14,632 bases of DNA from Octopus sinensis (lineage: Eukaryota), in NCBI RefSeq assembly GCF_006345805.1, contig NW_021825775.1:1-14632 (forward strand). The letters are read 5' to 3'. This document shows positions 1-8,003 of the stretch, in pieces (position 1 is the first letter of the stretch; the number at the start of each line of letters is the position of its first letter). The notes below the pieces were generated by a model. That model was not told the origin of the DNA. It saw only the letters and a program-made list of their open reading frames with translations, and did not search any database. Made by a program: the position numbers and the translations under genes.

Positions 1-492
1 ACTTCGTCGGACGTACATCCCGCCATCGGAACCAATCACATTAAACTTCGATTCTCTCCTGTCTAAACGATATGTTCGTGAGCGAAACGAAGACGAGCTC
101 TTTGATTCTTCTTGGAGATCAAGGTTTCTTTGCCGGTGCCCAAGCAAGCAACCCAGAACCTTGTAACCTCCGAGAAACTGTTTTGCGCGATACGTTGACA
201 TCGGAAGCGGAATTAACTCGTGGGATATTTCAGCAGCACTCTTAAACCTATCTTTCAGTGACATTCTAACCATAATTCGATCCTGTCACGGTTAAGTTTT
301 ACGAGGTCTACCGAATTTGGGTTTAGCATTTGTCGATCCTGATGACTTAAAACGAGCATGCACACGTTGAACAACACTTCCAGACCTTCCTACAGTAGTT
401 GCTATCACAGAATTTGACTTGCCTTCTTGATGAAGTCACACAATCCTTTGTTTTTCACCACAGGACACCGGTCGTCTCTCACAAGACGCCAT
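1..492 (-). pseudogene. Tc1/mariner-family transposase, N-terminal part, decayed (stops, frameshifts); runs off the window start
   Basis: Manual minus-strand translation from the ATG at 492: MASCERRPVSCGEKQRIV*LHQEGKSNSVIATTVGRSGSVVQRVHARFKSSGSTNAKPKFGRPRKT*P*QDRIMVRMSLKDRFKSAA...VNVSRKTVSRRLQGSGLLAWAPAKKP/ISKKNQRARLRFAHEHIV*TG/ESKFNVIGSDGGMYVRRS. GRPRK, VSRxTVxRRL, PAKKP and ESKFN..GSDG are canonical Tc1 paired-HTH and early catalytic-domain motifs. Confidence 0.92.
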
Positions 493-596
493 GTTGACAG
501 TTAAATGTTCCAGTAATGTAAGATCATAAGAAATAACTATTATCCCATTAATAGTCTTCTAAACAACAAATACCTCGGTTAGTAGTTCATTTTTTT

Positions 597-624
597 CTGA
601 GTGACCCTTAACTTTTGACCGCTG
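597..624 (-). repeat. Left terminal inverted repeat of the Tc1-like element
   Basis: Minus strand reads CAGCGGTCAAAAGTTAAGGGTCACTCAG, a CAG-start Tc1-type terminus about 130 bp upstream of the transposase ATG. The flank is TG rather than the expected TA (one change). The partner TIR is outside the window. Confidence 0.65.
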
Positions 625-806
625 CAATTGGAAGATTGTTTGTTTTTTCCTCATAACTTATTCTATTCACTTAAAATTTTCACGAAAGATAGATATTAGA
701 TATATCTAAATATGTGTAAAATATCTAGTCTGAATGTGTTAATCTTCTATAATCACTATTGCAATACACTTGTTCTTACTGACCTTTATATTATGGCCAC
801 TGCTGC

Positions 807-842
807 ATATATATATATATATATATATATAGATAGATAGAT
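807..842. repeat. (TA)n/(TAGA)n microsatellite
   Basis: Directly visible. Confidence 0.95.
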
Positions 843-1163
843 AAATGAAAGAATAGAGTCGAACGGCGATTTAACAAAATTCCTTTATTCTCGACATATG
901 TTTCGAAGACTGCATATTCCTAATTCCGAAGGAATAAAGGGTGCATTATGCCGTCTTCTCATCAGGAAAGACAAGGAACTTATGTCAGCATCATGACGAA
1001 CAAAAAATTTTAGATGACTGCCCACACGGAGTCCATAGTGATAATGATTTCTGCCCTTGGCATGTATCTTCAACCGTGCTTTCTGACGTAAATTTGCTAC
1101 CCGGGTATCGGTTAACTGAATTATCCATACTAGGATAATGGATAATTCATTCAACTACTTAAC
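841..1163 (-). mobile_element. Probable Penelope-like element terminal (pLTR) fragment or short non-autonomous derivative carrying a hammerhead ribozyme
   Basis: Unique-sequence island between two (TA)n tracts that contains a complete minimal type I hammerhead. No RT or GIY-YIG coding sequence was recognised, so the PLE call is inferred from the ribozyme type. Confidence 0.55.
878..980 (-). ncRNA. Type I hammerhead ribozyme (minimal helix III, palindromic loop ATAT), intact core
   Basis: Minus strand: agttcctt-gtc-tttc CTGATGA GAAGAC [42 nt] GTCTTC GAAA C ATAT G TC | gaga-ata-aaggaatt. CUGAUGA at 965-959, 6-bp stem II (958-953 with 910-905), GAAA at 904-901, GUC triplet with predicted cleavage between 893 and 892. 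Stem I is 4 bp, a 3x3 loop, then 8 bp. Confidence 0.85.
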
Positions 1164-1172
1164 ATATATATT

Positions 1173-1228
<56 letters not shown>
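1164..1228. repeat. (TA)n(TG)n microsatellite
   Basis: Directly visible. Confidence 0.95.
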
Positions 1229-1232
<4 letters not shown>

Positions 1233-1452
1233 CATACTCATGCACACACATGTATGTTTGCATACATACATACACCACAAACACGCATGCACACAGGCTG
1301 AGACACACATACAGACACGCACATGTGATAGGGCTTGAGAAGGGAGAGAACGAATCTGGAAGGAGTGAAAAGAAAAAAGACAGGTGGCGAAGCAACATTA
1401 GAAGAAGAAGGGTGAGAGGGAATTTAAACTTGTAAGAGAAGAGTAGACATCG

Positions 1453-1510
<58 letters not shown>

Positions 1511-1511
1511 G
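1453..1511. repeat. (GA)n microsatellite
   Basis: Directly visible. Confidence 0.95.
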
Positions 1512-1985
1512 GATAGGAGTAAATTTGAACGCAGGAAGGAGACAAGGATATGAATAGTCACTAGTTTTGTCATTGAAATACCTATGGACTTTAAATGAAA
1601 CGAAAGTGAAACTATTTTCGTTCTTTGAAAACCACAATGTATTTAAAGTAGTGTGTGGGGATGTGTGCGTGTGTTCGTGTGTGTGCATGCATGTGTGTGT
1701 GTATGTGTATGTTTCTAGGAATTTTACAAAAAAAAATACTTAGAAAAGAATGAAAAGAAAGCGTAAAAAAACTAAGTAAAAGGCCAAAAACAGCGTGTAC
1801 GCAAGAGAGTGAACGTGTACTTAAATGAGTACGAAAGGATCATCGTAATAGTTTGAAGGCGAAACTTTTTGTCATATCTTGACGAGTGAAGGAAAGTATT
1901 CTTTTTCTCTTTCGTCTTTTACGTATTTATATATGTATTATAAATTACACATATTCCTTTTATTATTTTATATGGTTCAACCTTA

Positions 1986-2012
1986 ATACTGCGGCCATGC
2001 TGGAGTACCGCC
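1986..2012 (-). mobile_element. Short 3' fragment of SINE family B
   Basis: ACTGCGGCCATGCTGGAGTACCGCC matches GACTGCGGCCATGCTGGAGCACCGCC at about 9112-9137 in the full-length copy. Confidence 0.6.
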
Positions 2013-2034
2013 AGTGTAATCACTTTTTCATTGG

Positions 2035-2310
2035 CCAGTCTGATGTGATTTGGCTTTGGTGAAGAAGGGAGTTCGACACTGCTGCACTCTTTTGAGTTTC
2101 CTGTCTTGATATAGGTTCATCTGGGACCTTGAATAACAGAAAGTCGGGTTGTTTCTTGAAACCTGAAAACATCTTCTCCCTACTCCATGAAGATCACTCA
2201 GATGTTTTAGCATGGCATTAAAAACTATGGGCCCTAGAATCTCAAGTTATTACAGTGCATGGTTCTCACTCCAGACGGGATAGGTGGGATCTTTAGAACA
2301 GTTCAGTGGC
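2035..2310 (-). pseudogene. CR1/L2-group LINE ORF2 C-terminal fragment, decayed
   Basis: Minus translation with frameshifts: VLKIPPIPSGVRTMHCNNLRF*GP*/FNAMLKHLSDLHGV/FKKQPDFLLFKVPDEPISRQETQKSAAVSNSLLHQ. This matches the typical post-RT tail pattern (GPxLFNxLPxxLR...FKxxLDxFL..VPDEP....AxSNSL) of CR1/L2-like LINEs. Confidence 0.75.
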
Positions 2311-2337
2311 GACCAGTTAGGGGACTGATATAGCTCT

Positions 2338-2369
2338 CGATATAATATATATATATATATATATATATA
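2338..2369. repeat. (TA)n microsatellite
   Basis: Directly visible. Confidence 0.95.
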
Positions 2370-2567
2370 AACGAGAAAGAAGCAACAAGAATGGATGAGT
2401 TTTTAGTACAATTGTTTCATACAAAGACAGGCTTTATTACAAGTTGCAAAAATTGCAGCAGATAAAAGTGTCCCGTACTCATCAGCTAAAATACATTTGA
2501 GTTCTCTAGACATCTTAGTGGGTGAGGTTATACTCATGAAATATTGGAGATAGTTCCATTAGAGGCA
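2370..2567 (-). mobile_element. Second probable Penelope-like terminal fragment carrying a hammerhead ribozyme
   Basis: Island of about 200 bp between two (TA)n tracts that contains a hammerhead motif. Its sequence is unrelated to the 841-1163 island. Confidence 0.5.
2401..2491 (-). ncRNA. Type I hammerhead ribozyme (minimal helix III, palindromic loop AATT)
   Basis: Minus strand: TTTTAG CTGATGA GTAC [52 nt] GTAT GAAA C AATT G TA | CTAAAA. Stem I is a perfect 6 bp (2491-2486 with 2406-2401). CUGAUGA at 2485-2479, GAAA at 2418-2415, GUA triplet with predicted cleavage between 2407 and 2406. The conserved G10.1-C11.1 pair is G-U here. Confidence 0.78.
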
Positions 2568-2572
2568 GATAT

Positions 2573-2621
<49 letters not shown>
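2568..2621. repeat. (TA)n microsatellite
   Basis: Directly visible. Confidence 0.95.
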
Positions 2622-2625
<4 letters not shown>

Positions 2626-2938
2626 CCAATTCTTTCTGTGCTGCTGAATACCAAATGATCTGCGGCCCGATGATTAGGGACCCTAGCTATACTACACAGT
2701 CAATAACGTGATCAAAAGAAAGCCGTTTGTAGATGATGATAAAAGAAAATGGAAGAAAATGATTTAAAATGCTGCAAAATTGAAAAGAATTACAAGTCGG
2801 GTTCATGGTGATATCGTCATCTTTTCGGGGATCACCTTGCAGCATGAAACAGTAGCGACAACAGTGTCAAAATATGGAAAGATTAATCTTTTTGTTACAA
2901 TCATATCTAATCCATCTTAGCCAGAAAAAAAAAACTAT

Positions 2939-3123
2939 GGGTGTAGACGTGGTTGCGTAGTAAGAAGCGTGTTTTCTCAATCATATGGTTCCGGGTTCAG
3001 TCTCATTGTGTGGTATCTTCTGCTATAGCTGCCGGCCGACCAAAACCTTGAGAGTGGATTTCGTAGATGGAAACTGAAAGAAGTATAGTATATATATGTG
3101 TGTGTGTGTGTGGGTGTGTGTGT

Positions 3124-3165
<42 letters not shown>

Positions 3166-3390
3166 GTGTCTTTGTGTCTGTGTTCTCCCCGCCCCTCTGC
3201 CGTTTGATAACGGTGTTCGTGTGTTTACGTCTCAGTAACTTAGCGGTTCGGCAAAAGTCACCGATAGAATAGGTGCTAGGCTTTAAAAAACGTCCTGGGA
3301 TCGATTTGTTCGACTAAATCCCTTCAAGACGGTGCCCCAACATGACATCAGTCAAATGACTGAAATAAGTAAAAGTTAAAAGATAAAAGA
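2939..3390 (+). mobile_element. tRNA-derived SINE family B with internal (TA)/(TG) microsatellite
   Basis: Head with B-box-like GGTTCCGGGTTCAGTC, then GACCAAAACCTTGAGAGTGGATT...GAAACTGAAAGAAG, a (TG)n tract, and a 3' part TAACTTAGCGGTTCGGCAAAAG...CAGTCAAATGACTGAAATAAGTAAAAG. It is colinear with the reverse complement of 9086-9561. Confidence 0.85.
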
Positions 3391-3514
3391 CATTTCTGCG
3401 ACAAAACACTTCACGTCGTTCTAATTTATTCGTTCTAGTATTTGGAAGTCAAACTGTATTAGCTACTTGAAAATCCGCCCAGAAAACTGGCATTTAGTTA
3501 TCCCACTGAATAAT

Positions 3515-3900
3515 GATTTCAAATTGTTGCCACAAGGGCAGCTTGGGGGAGGGGGTTAAGTCGATTACATCGACCCCAGTGCGTAACTGGTACTTATTTA
3601 ATCGACTCCGAAAGGATGAAAGGCAAAGTCGACCTCAGCGGAATTTGAACTCAGAACGTAACGAAATACCTATTTCTTTACTACCCACAAGAGGCTACAC
3701 ACAGAGAGGACAAACAAGGACAGACACACGGATTAAGTCGACTACATTGACCCCAGTGCTTAACTGGTACTTAATTTATCGACCTCGAAAGGATGAAAGG
3801 CAAAGTCGACCTCGACGGAATTTGAACCCAGAACGTAGCGGCAGACGAAATACGGCTACGCATTTCGCTCGGCGTGCTGACGTTTCTGCCAGCTCGCAGC
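3515..3900 (-). mobile_element. SINE family A dimer (monomers 3515-3670 and 3671-3900)
   Basis: Two copies of the body TAAGTCGATTACATCGACCCCAG...GAAAGGATGAAAGGCAAAGTCGACCTC...GAATTTGAACTCAGAACG. The tRNA-like head with B-box GAGTTCAAATTCC is on the minus strand. Flanked by a near-duplicate (3498-3514 / 3903-3919). Confidence 0.85.
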
Positions 3901-3902
3901 TT

Positions 3903-3985
3903 TTATTCCACTGAACAATAGAAATGCATTCTGTTACTCTACTGAATAATGAAAAGGCATTCCGTTATTCTACTAAATGATAAAA
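3903..3985. repeat. 31-bp degenerate minisatellite, about 2.7 units
   Basis: TTATTCCACTGAACAATAGAAATGCATTCTG / TTACTCTACTGAATAATGAAAAGGCATTCCG / TTATTCTACTAAATGATAAAA. Confidence 0.75.
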
Positions 3986-4112
3986 AAAAGGTGGACTGCA
4001 TTCCCTTTATGAGAATATTCTCATTATTTTGAGAGATTTTCAGTGATCTCATTGAAATTGATAAAATGGTTTGTGCAGTGATTTTAGACTTAGCAACATA
4101 GCCAACTTTCTA

Positions 4113-4168
4113 CGACTGGCCAACGCCCCCGAAATTTCGGGCCTTGTGCCCAGGGTAGAAAAGGATAT
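4113..4168 (+). mobile_element. 3' tail fragment of SINE family A
   Basis: GAAATTTCGGGCCTTGTGCCCAGGGTAGAAAAGGATAT is the reverse complement of the tails at 7127-7162 and 6264-6295. Confidence 0.7.
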
Positions 4169-4423
4169 GTCATGCTGTGGGTTTGAATATCTCGTCGCCA
4201 ATAAGGTTATGACGACGTTGGGGCGTGCACAAGGGTGTAGGAATAGTATTACCCAAATGAATATTTGGATATGGTTATCTAGAATAACCTTTCGCAGAAT
4301 TAATATGTCCACGCAGAGCGTCCGTACTACGCTAAACGCAAGTACGATATTAAACTAACACAGCAGTCCAATGCGAATGGCCACCGCTGTCAACTATTTT
4401 CTTTATTATAAGCACATAGGCTC

Positions 4424-4824
4424 GGATCTTTTCACTTTGACCGACAGATTTAAAAAATAATTTTTTGTAACTAAACACTTTTAAACTTCGTATACTGGTA
4501 GAATGTGTCACATAAAACATCTTTTTCTCATGGCGTTCTTGAGAAAATTCTGTAAACAGTGACAAACGAAATATACACCGCCGGAACTTCTTGTTGACAA
4601 ACAGCAGCAGTAATTGTATTCACCTCAATAGACGTCATTGATTGGTTGAAATTGCCGAAATACGAGAAATTTAACAACAAATAGCTTACAAACTACAGAA
4701 TTTTCTCAAGAACGCCAAGAGAAAAAGATGTTTTATGCGACACATTCTACCAGTACACGAAGTTTAAAAGTGTTTAGTTACAAAAAATTATTTTTTAAAT
4801 CTGCCGGTCAAAGGGAAAAGATTC
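4424..4824. mobile_element. Mutator(MULE)-like MITE, 401 bp, about 131-bp TIRs, 9-bp TSD
   Basis: TIRs 4424-4554 and 4694-4824 are near-identical reverse complements. A perfect direct repeat CATAGGCTC lies at 4415-4423 and 4825-4833. Long TIRs with a 9-bp TSD are characteristic of Mutator-like elements. Confidence 0.88.
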
Positions 4825-5650
4825 CATAGGCTCTACAAAGAAGGGACAATACAAGGACAGACAACACAACACAGTGGGGTACATAAAACATATAATGAAT
4901 GAAATTATGAATATAATAATATAATGAAAAATGAAATGCCTTCCCTGCCCCCCCCCCCCAACACGCAGGTAGTGTCATTCAACTGTTTATGTATCACATA
5001 TTAATTTACAGTTCATTATTCCTTTTTGCATCGTTTTTTGTTTTAAAAGTCATTATTTTGAAATTTTAAATATTTCACTTACTTTCATATTAAATATTCT
5101 ATTATATCTTCAAATGCCACCACTGGTGGCATCTCGTCGTATCGAACCTGTAACGACGATATTTCAATTTTTTCACCAAATAGTTCCTTTAACCTGTCAC
5201 CTCTCTCTCTCCTCTCCCCCTCTCTCTCTCTCTCTCTCTCTCTCAAGCAAGACCGTCCTGTCGTCCTCGGTACATTCTCTCCCTGATAACTTGACTCTAA
5301 TTACATTTGTCATTTTTGTAATCTTTCGTTCTCTACACACTTTTTATAGTTTACCACCGTTCAAACGTATTTTCCTTTTGGTACCAACTACCGTTTCCTG
5401 TCGTTATTCTCTCCTGATGTCCCTGGTACTGGTGTCTCATCCTTCTCTATATCTCTCTTACTCTTTGTTGTTGCTATCTCTCTTCTCTCTTCTCTCTTCC
5501 TTTCCTTTCTGCGCACTTCTTTCCTCCTCCGTAATCTTCGGTTCAGTCCCACTGCGCAGCGCTTTGGGTAACTGTCTTTGAGTATAGCTCTGGGCTTATC
5601 AAATCCTTGTGAAAGGATATGGCTGACAGAAAGTCAAAGAAGCTTGTAGT

Positions 5651-5651
5651 A

Positions 5652-5734
<83 letters not shown>
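5651..5734. repeat. (CTAT)n tetranucleotide microsatellite inside the SINE B copy
   Basis: Directly visible. Confidence 0.95.
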
Positions 5735-5794
5735 GTGCGGATGCGCGTAGTGTGTTTCTGCCTTTGTGCTTGTACCCCACTTGACAACCAGTGT

Positions 5795-6076
5795 GGAGGC
5801 ACTTGGCTTAGTGGTTAGGGTATTGGACTCGTGATCGTAAGATTACGGTTTCGAATCCTGGACCGGGCGACGTGTTTTGTTCTTGAGCAAAACACTTCAT
5901 TTCACATTGCTCCAGTCCACTCCGCTGACAAAAAAGTGTAATCGTGCGACGGACCGGCTTCCCGTCTACGTGGAGAATATGGAGAGGACAAACCGGGAAA
6001 CTGGTTTCGATCTATCTGTCTATGACTCGGGAAGGTACTTTACTCCTCCTCCTCCTCCTACTACTACTACTACTAG
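5795..6076 (+). mobile_element. tRNA-derived SINE family C, full length, with TSD
   Basis: A box TGGCTTAGTGG (5804-5814), B box GTTTCGAATCC (5848-5858), a CORE-like TTCTTGAGCAAAACACTTCATTTCAC segment, and a (CCT)n(ACT)n tail. TSD is TTGACAACCAGTGT (5781-5794) / TTGAAACCAGTGT (6077-6089). Confidence 0.85.
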
Positions 6077-6263
6077 TTGAAACCAGTGTTGGTTAGTTAC
6101 CCTGCCCGTAACTAGCAGTTCAGCATAAGAAAATGATAGAATAAGGACCAGGCTTGGAAAATAAGTACTGGGCTCGAATCGTTCGACTTGAAACCCCTCA
6201 AGGCGGTACCTCCAGCATGGCCTCAATATGATGACAGAAACAAATACGAAAAATTAAAGATTA

Positions 6264-7322
6264 AATATTCTTTTCTACTCTAGGCCCGAAATTTTGGGGG
6301 AGAGGGCCACTCTGTTAGATTGACCCCAGTATGCAACTGGTACTTTATTTACCGACCCTGAAAGGATGAAAAGCAAAGACAACATCGGTGGAATTTGAAG
6401 GCAAAACGTAAAATCAGACGAAATGCCGTTAAGCATTTCGCCCGGCATGCTAACGTTTCTGCCAGTTCGTCGCCTAATGAAAAATAAAATATTCTCTTCT
6501 ACTCTTGGCACAAGGCAAGAAATATTTGGGGAGTAGGGAGGCCCAGTCGATTAGATCGCCCCCAGTATGCAACTGATACTTAATTTATCGAGCCCGACGG
6601 GATGAAAGGCAAAGTCAACTCGGCACAATTTGAACTCAGAACACGAAGACAGACGAAATACCTATTTCTTTACTACCCACAAGGGGCTAAACACTGAGGG
6701 GACAAACAAGGACAGACAAACGGATTAAGTCGATAATATCGACCTCCAGTACGTAACTGGTACTTATTTAATCGACCCCGAAAGGATGTAAAGCAAAGTC
6801 GACCTTGGCGGAATTTGAACTCAGAACGTAGCGGCAGACGAAATACCGCTAAGCATTTTGTCCGGCATGCTAACGTTTCTTATTTCTTTATTGCCCACAA
6901 GGGGCTAAACATAGAGGGGACAAACAAGGACAGACAAAAGGATTAAGTCGAGTACATCGACCCCCAGTGCGTAACTAGTACTTAATATATCGACCCCGAA
7001 AGGATGACAGGCGAAGTCGACCTCGGCGTAATTTGAACTCAGAACGTAACAGCAGACGAAATATCGCCAAGCATTTCGCCCGGCGCGCTAACGTTTCTGC
7101 AAGCTCACCGCCTCATAAAATAGGAAATATTCTTTTCTACTCTAGGCACAAGGCCCGAAATTTTGGGGGATAGGGCAAGTCGATTAAATCGACCCCAGCA
7201 TGCAACTGGTACTTAATTTATGGACCCCAAAAGGATGAAAGCAAAGTCAACCTCGGCGGAATTTGAACTCAGAATGTAAAAACAGAGGAAATAATGCTAA
7301 GCATTTCTGCCAGCTTGCCGCC
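6264..7322 (-). mobile_element. Chain of five SINE family A monomers in the same orientation
   Basis: Monomers at about 6264-6474, 6489-6662, 6663-6880, 6881-7112 and 7127-7322. Each has the GACCCC..AAAGGATGAAAG...GAATTTGAAC body. Heads end ...GCCAGCTCGCCGCC-like. Confidence 0.88.
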
Positions 7323-7644
7323 TTTAAAACATAAAATATTGCAACGACATTGGCAAGGATACGCCTTGCGGAGTAATAACTGATATCGCTGCTGTTGCTT
7401 TGCCGAAGGATAGCAGGACTATTGACATTGGCCGCATTCTCTCTTCACTCATCATTGAAACAACATTATTATTTACGTAAATTTACTAAGAGCCTCAAAG
7501 AATACAATAATGCTGTTTTGATGGTGACACATGAAGTACCAATGCGGTCTGTGAATAATAATAATTATGCTATTGAATGCAATGATTAGAAATGATAATG
7601 AGCTCTTTAGGGTTTTGAGTGGAAGCATTCGACATACATAGTGC

Positions 7645-7970
7645 GTACATAGAGGGATATATATACACTCATACATACACGTGTATACATACATGTATAC
7701 GTGCTTAGATACATGCATACACACATGCATACATAGATTCATGTATACACACAAACATGCGTACATACATACATATATATATATATATACATACATATAT
7801 ACATGCATGCATACACACATACATGCATACATACATACATACATTCATGCATGCGTGCATGCATAGATTCATACATCCATACATACACACAAACATACGT
7901 ACATACATACATACATACATACATACATACATACATACATACATACATACATACATACACATATATATAT

Positions 7971-8003
<33 letters not shown>

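Larger units (their letters stand above)
5535..6250 (+). mobile_element. Diverged SINE family B copy interrupted by a family C SINE
   Basis: GGTTCAGTCCCACTGCG...CAAATCCTTGTGA...CAAAGAAG, then (CTAT)n, then CACTTGACAACCAGTGT, the insertion, and TGGTTAG...GATAGAATAAG...AAGGCGGTACCTCCAGCATGGCC. Both halves are colinear with the 2939-3390 copy. Confidence 0.75.

Noticed and set aside
339-345. CTGATGA on the plus strand
   Set aside because: It lies inside the Tc1 coding relic and has no stem II or GAAA-stem III partner.
885-1154. 89-aa ORF over the hammerhead-1 island as a possible GIY-YIG end
   Set aside because: No GIY-YIG or RT motifs were recognisable in any frame.
1861-1873. GAAACTTTTTGTC resembling a hammerhead helix III
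   Set aside because: The loop is not palindromic, and no CTGANGA or stem II closes onto it upstream.
2701-2920. Protein-like stretches (NNVIKRKPFVDDDKRKW; AAKLKRITSRVHGDIV...)
   Set aside because: They are interrupted by a stop, show no recognisable family and lack convincing splice sites.
3513-3914. 133-aa ORF with an internal repeat
   Set aside because: It is the antisense reading of the SINE A dimer.
4049-4358. Overlapping 87-aa and 95-aa ORFs
   Set aside because: They include a SINE tail fragment, have no recognisable motifs and start from non-ATG or weak starts.
5114-5581. 155-aa Leu/Ser-rich ORF
   Set aside because: It derives from CT-rich low-complexity sequence and runs into a SINE.
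5795-5870. tRNA gene
   Set aside because: It has A and B boxes but no closed acceptor stem, and it continues into a SINE body and tail with a TSD.
6264-7322. CRISPR-like or satellite array
   Set aside because: The units are about 200-bp SINE monomers with variable tails, not short repeats with unique spacers, and the context is eukaryotic.
7330-7560. Unique segment open on both strands (CNDIGKDTPCGVITDIAAVALPK / MRPMSIVLLSFGKATAAISV) and a possible minus-strand exon after ATTATTCACAG
   Set aside because: No homology was recognisable and the splice context is inconsistent. It cannot be supported without a database search or RNA-seq.
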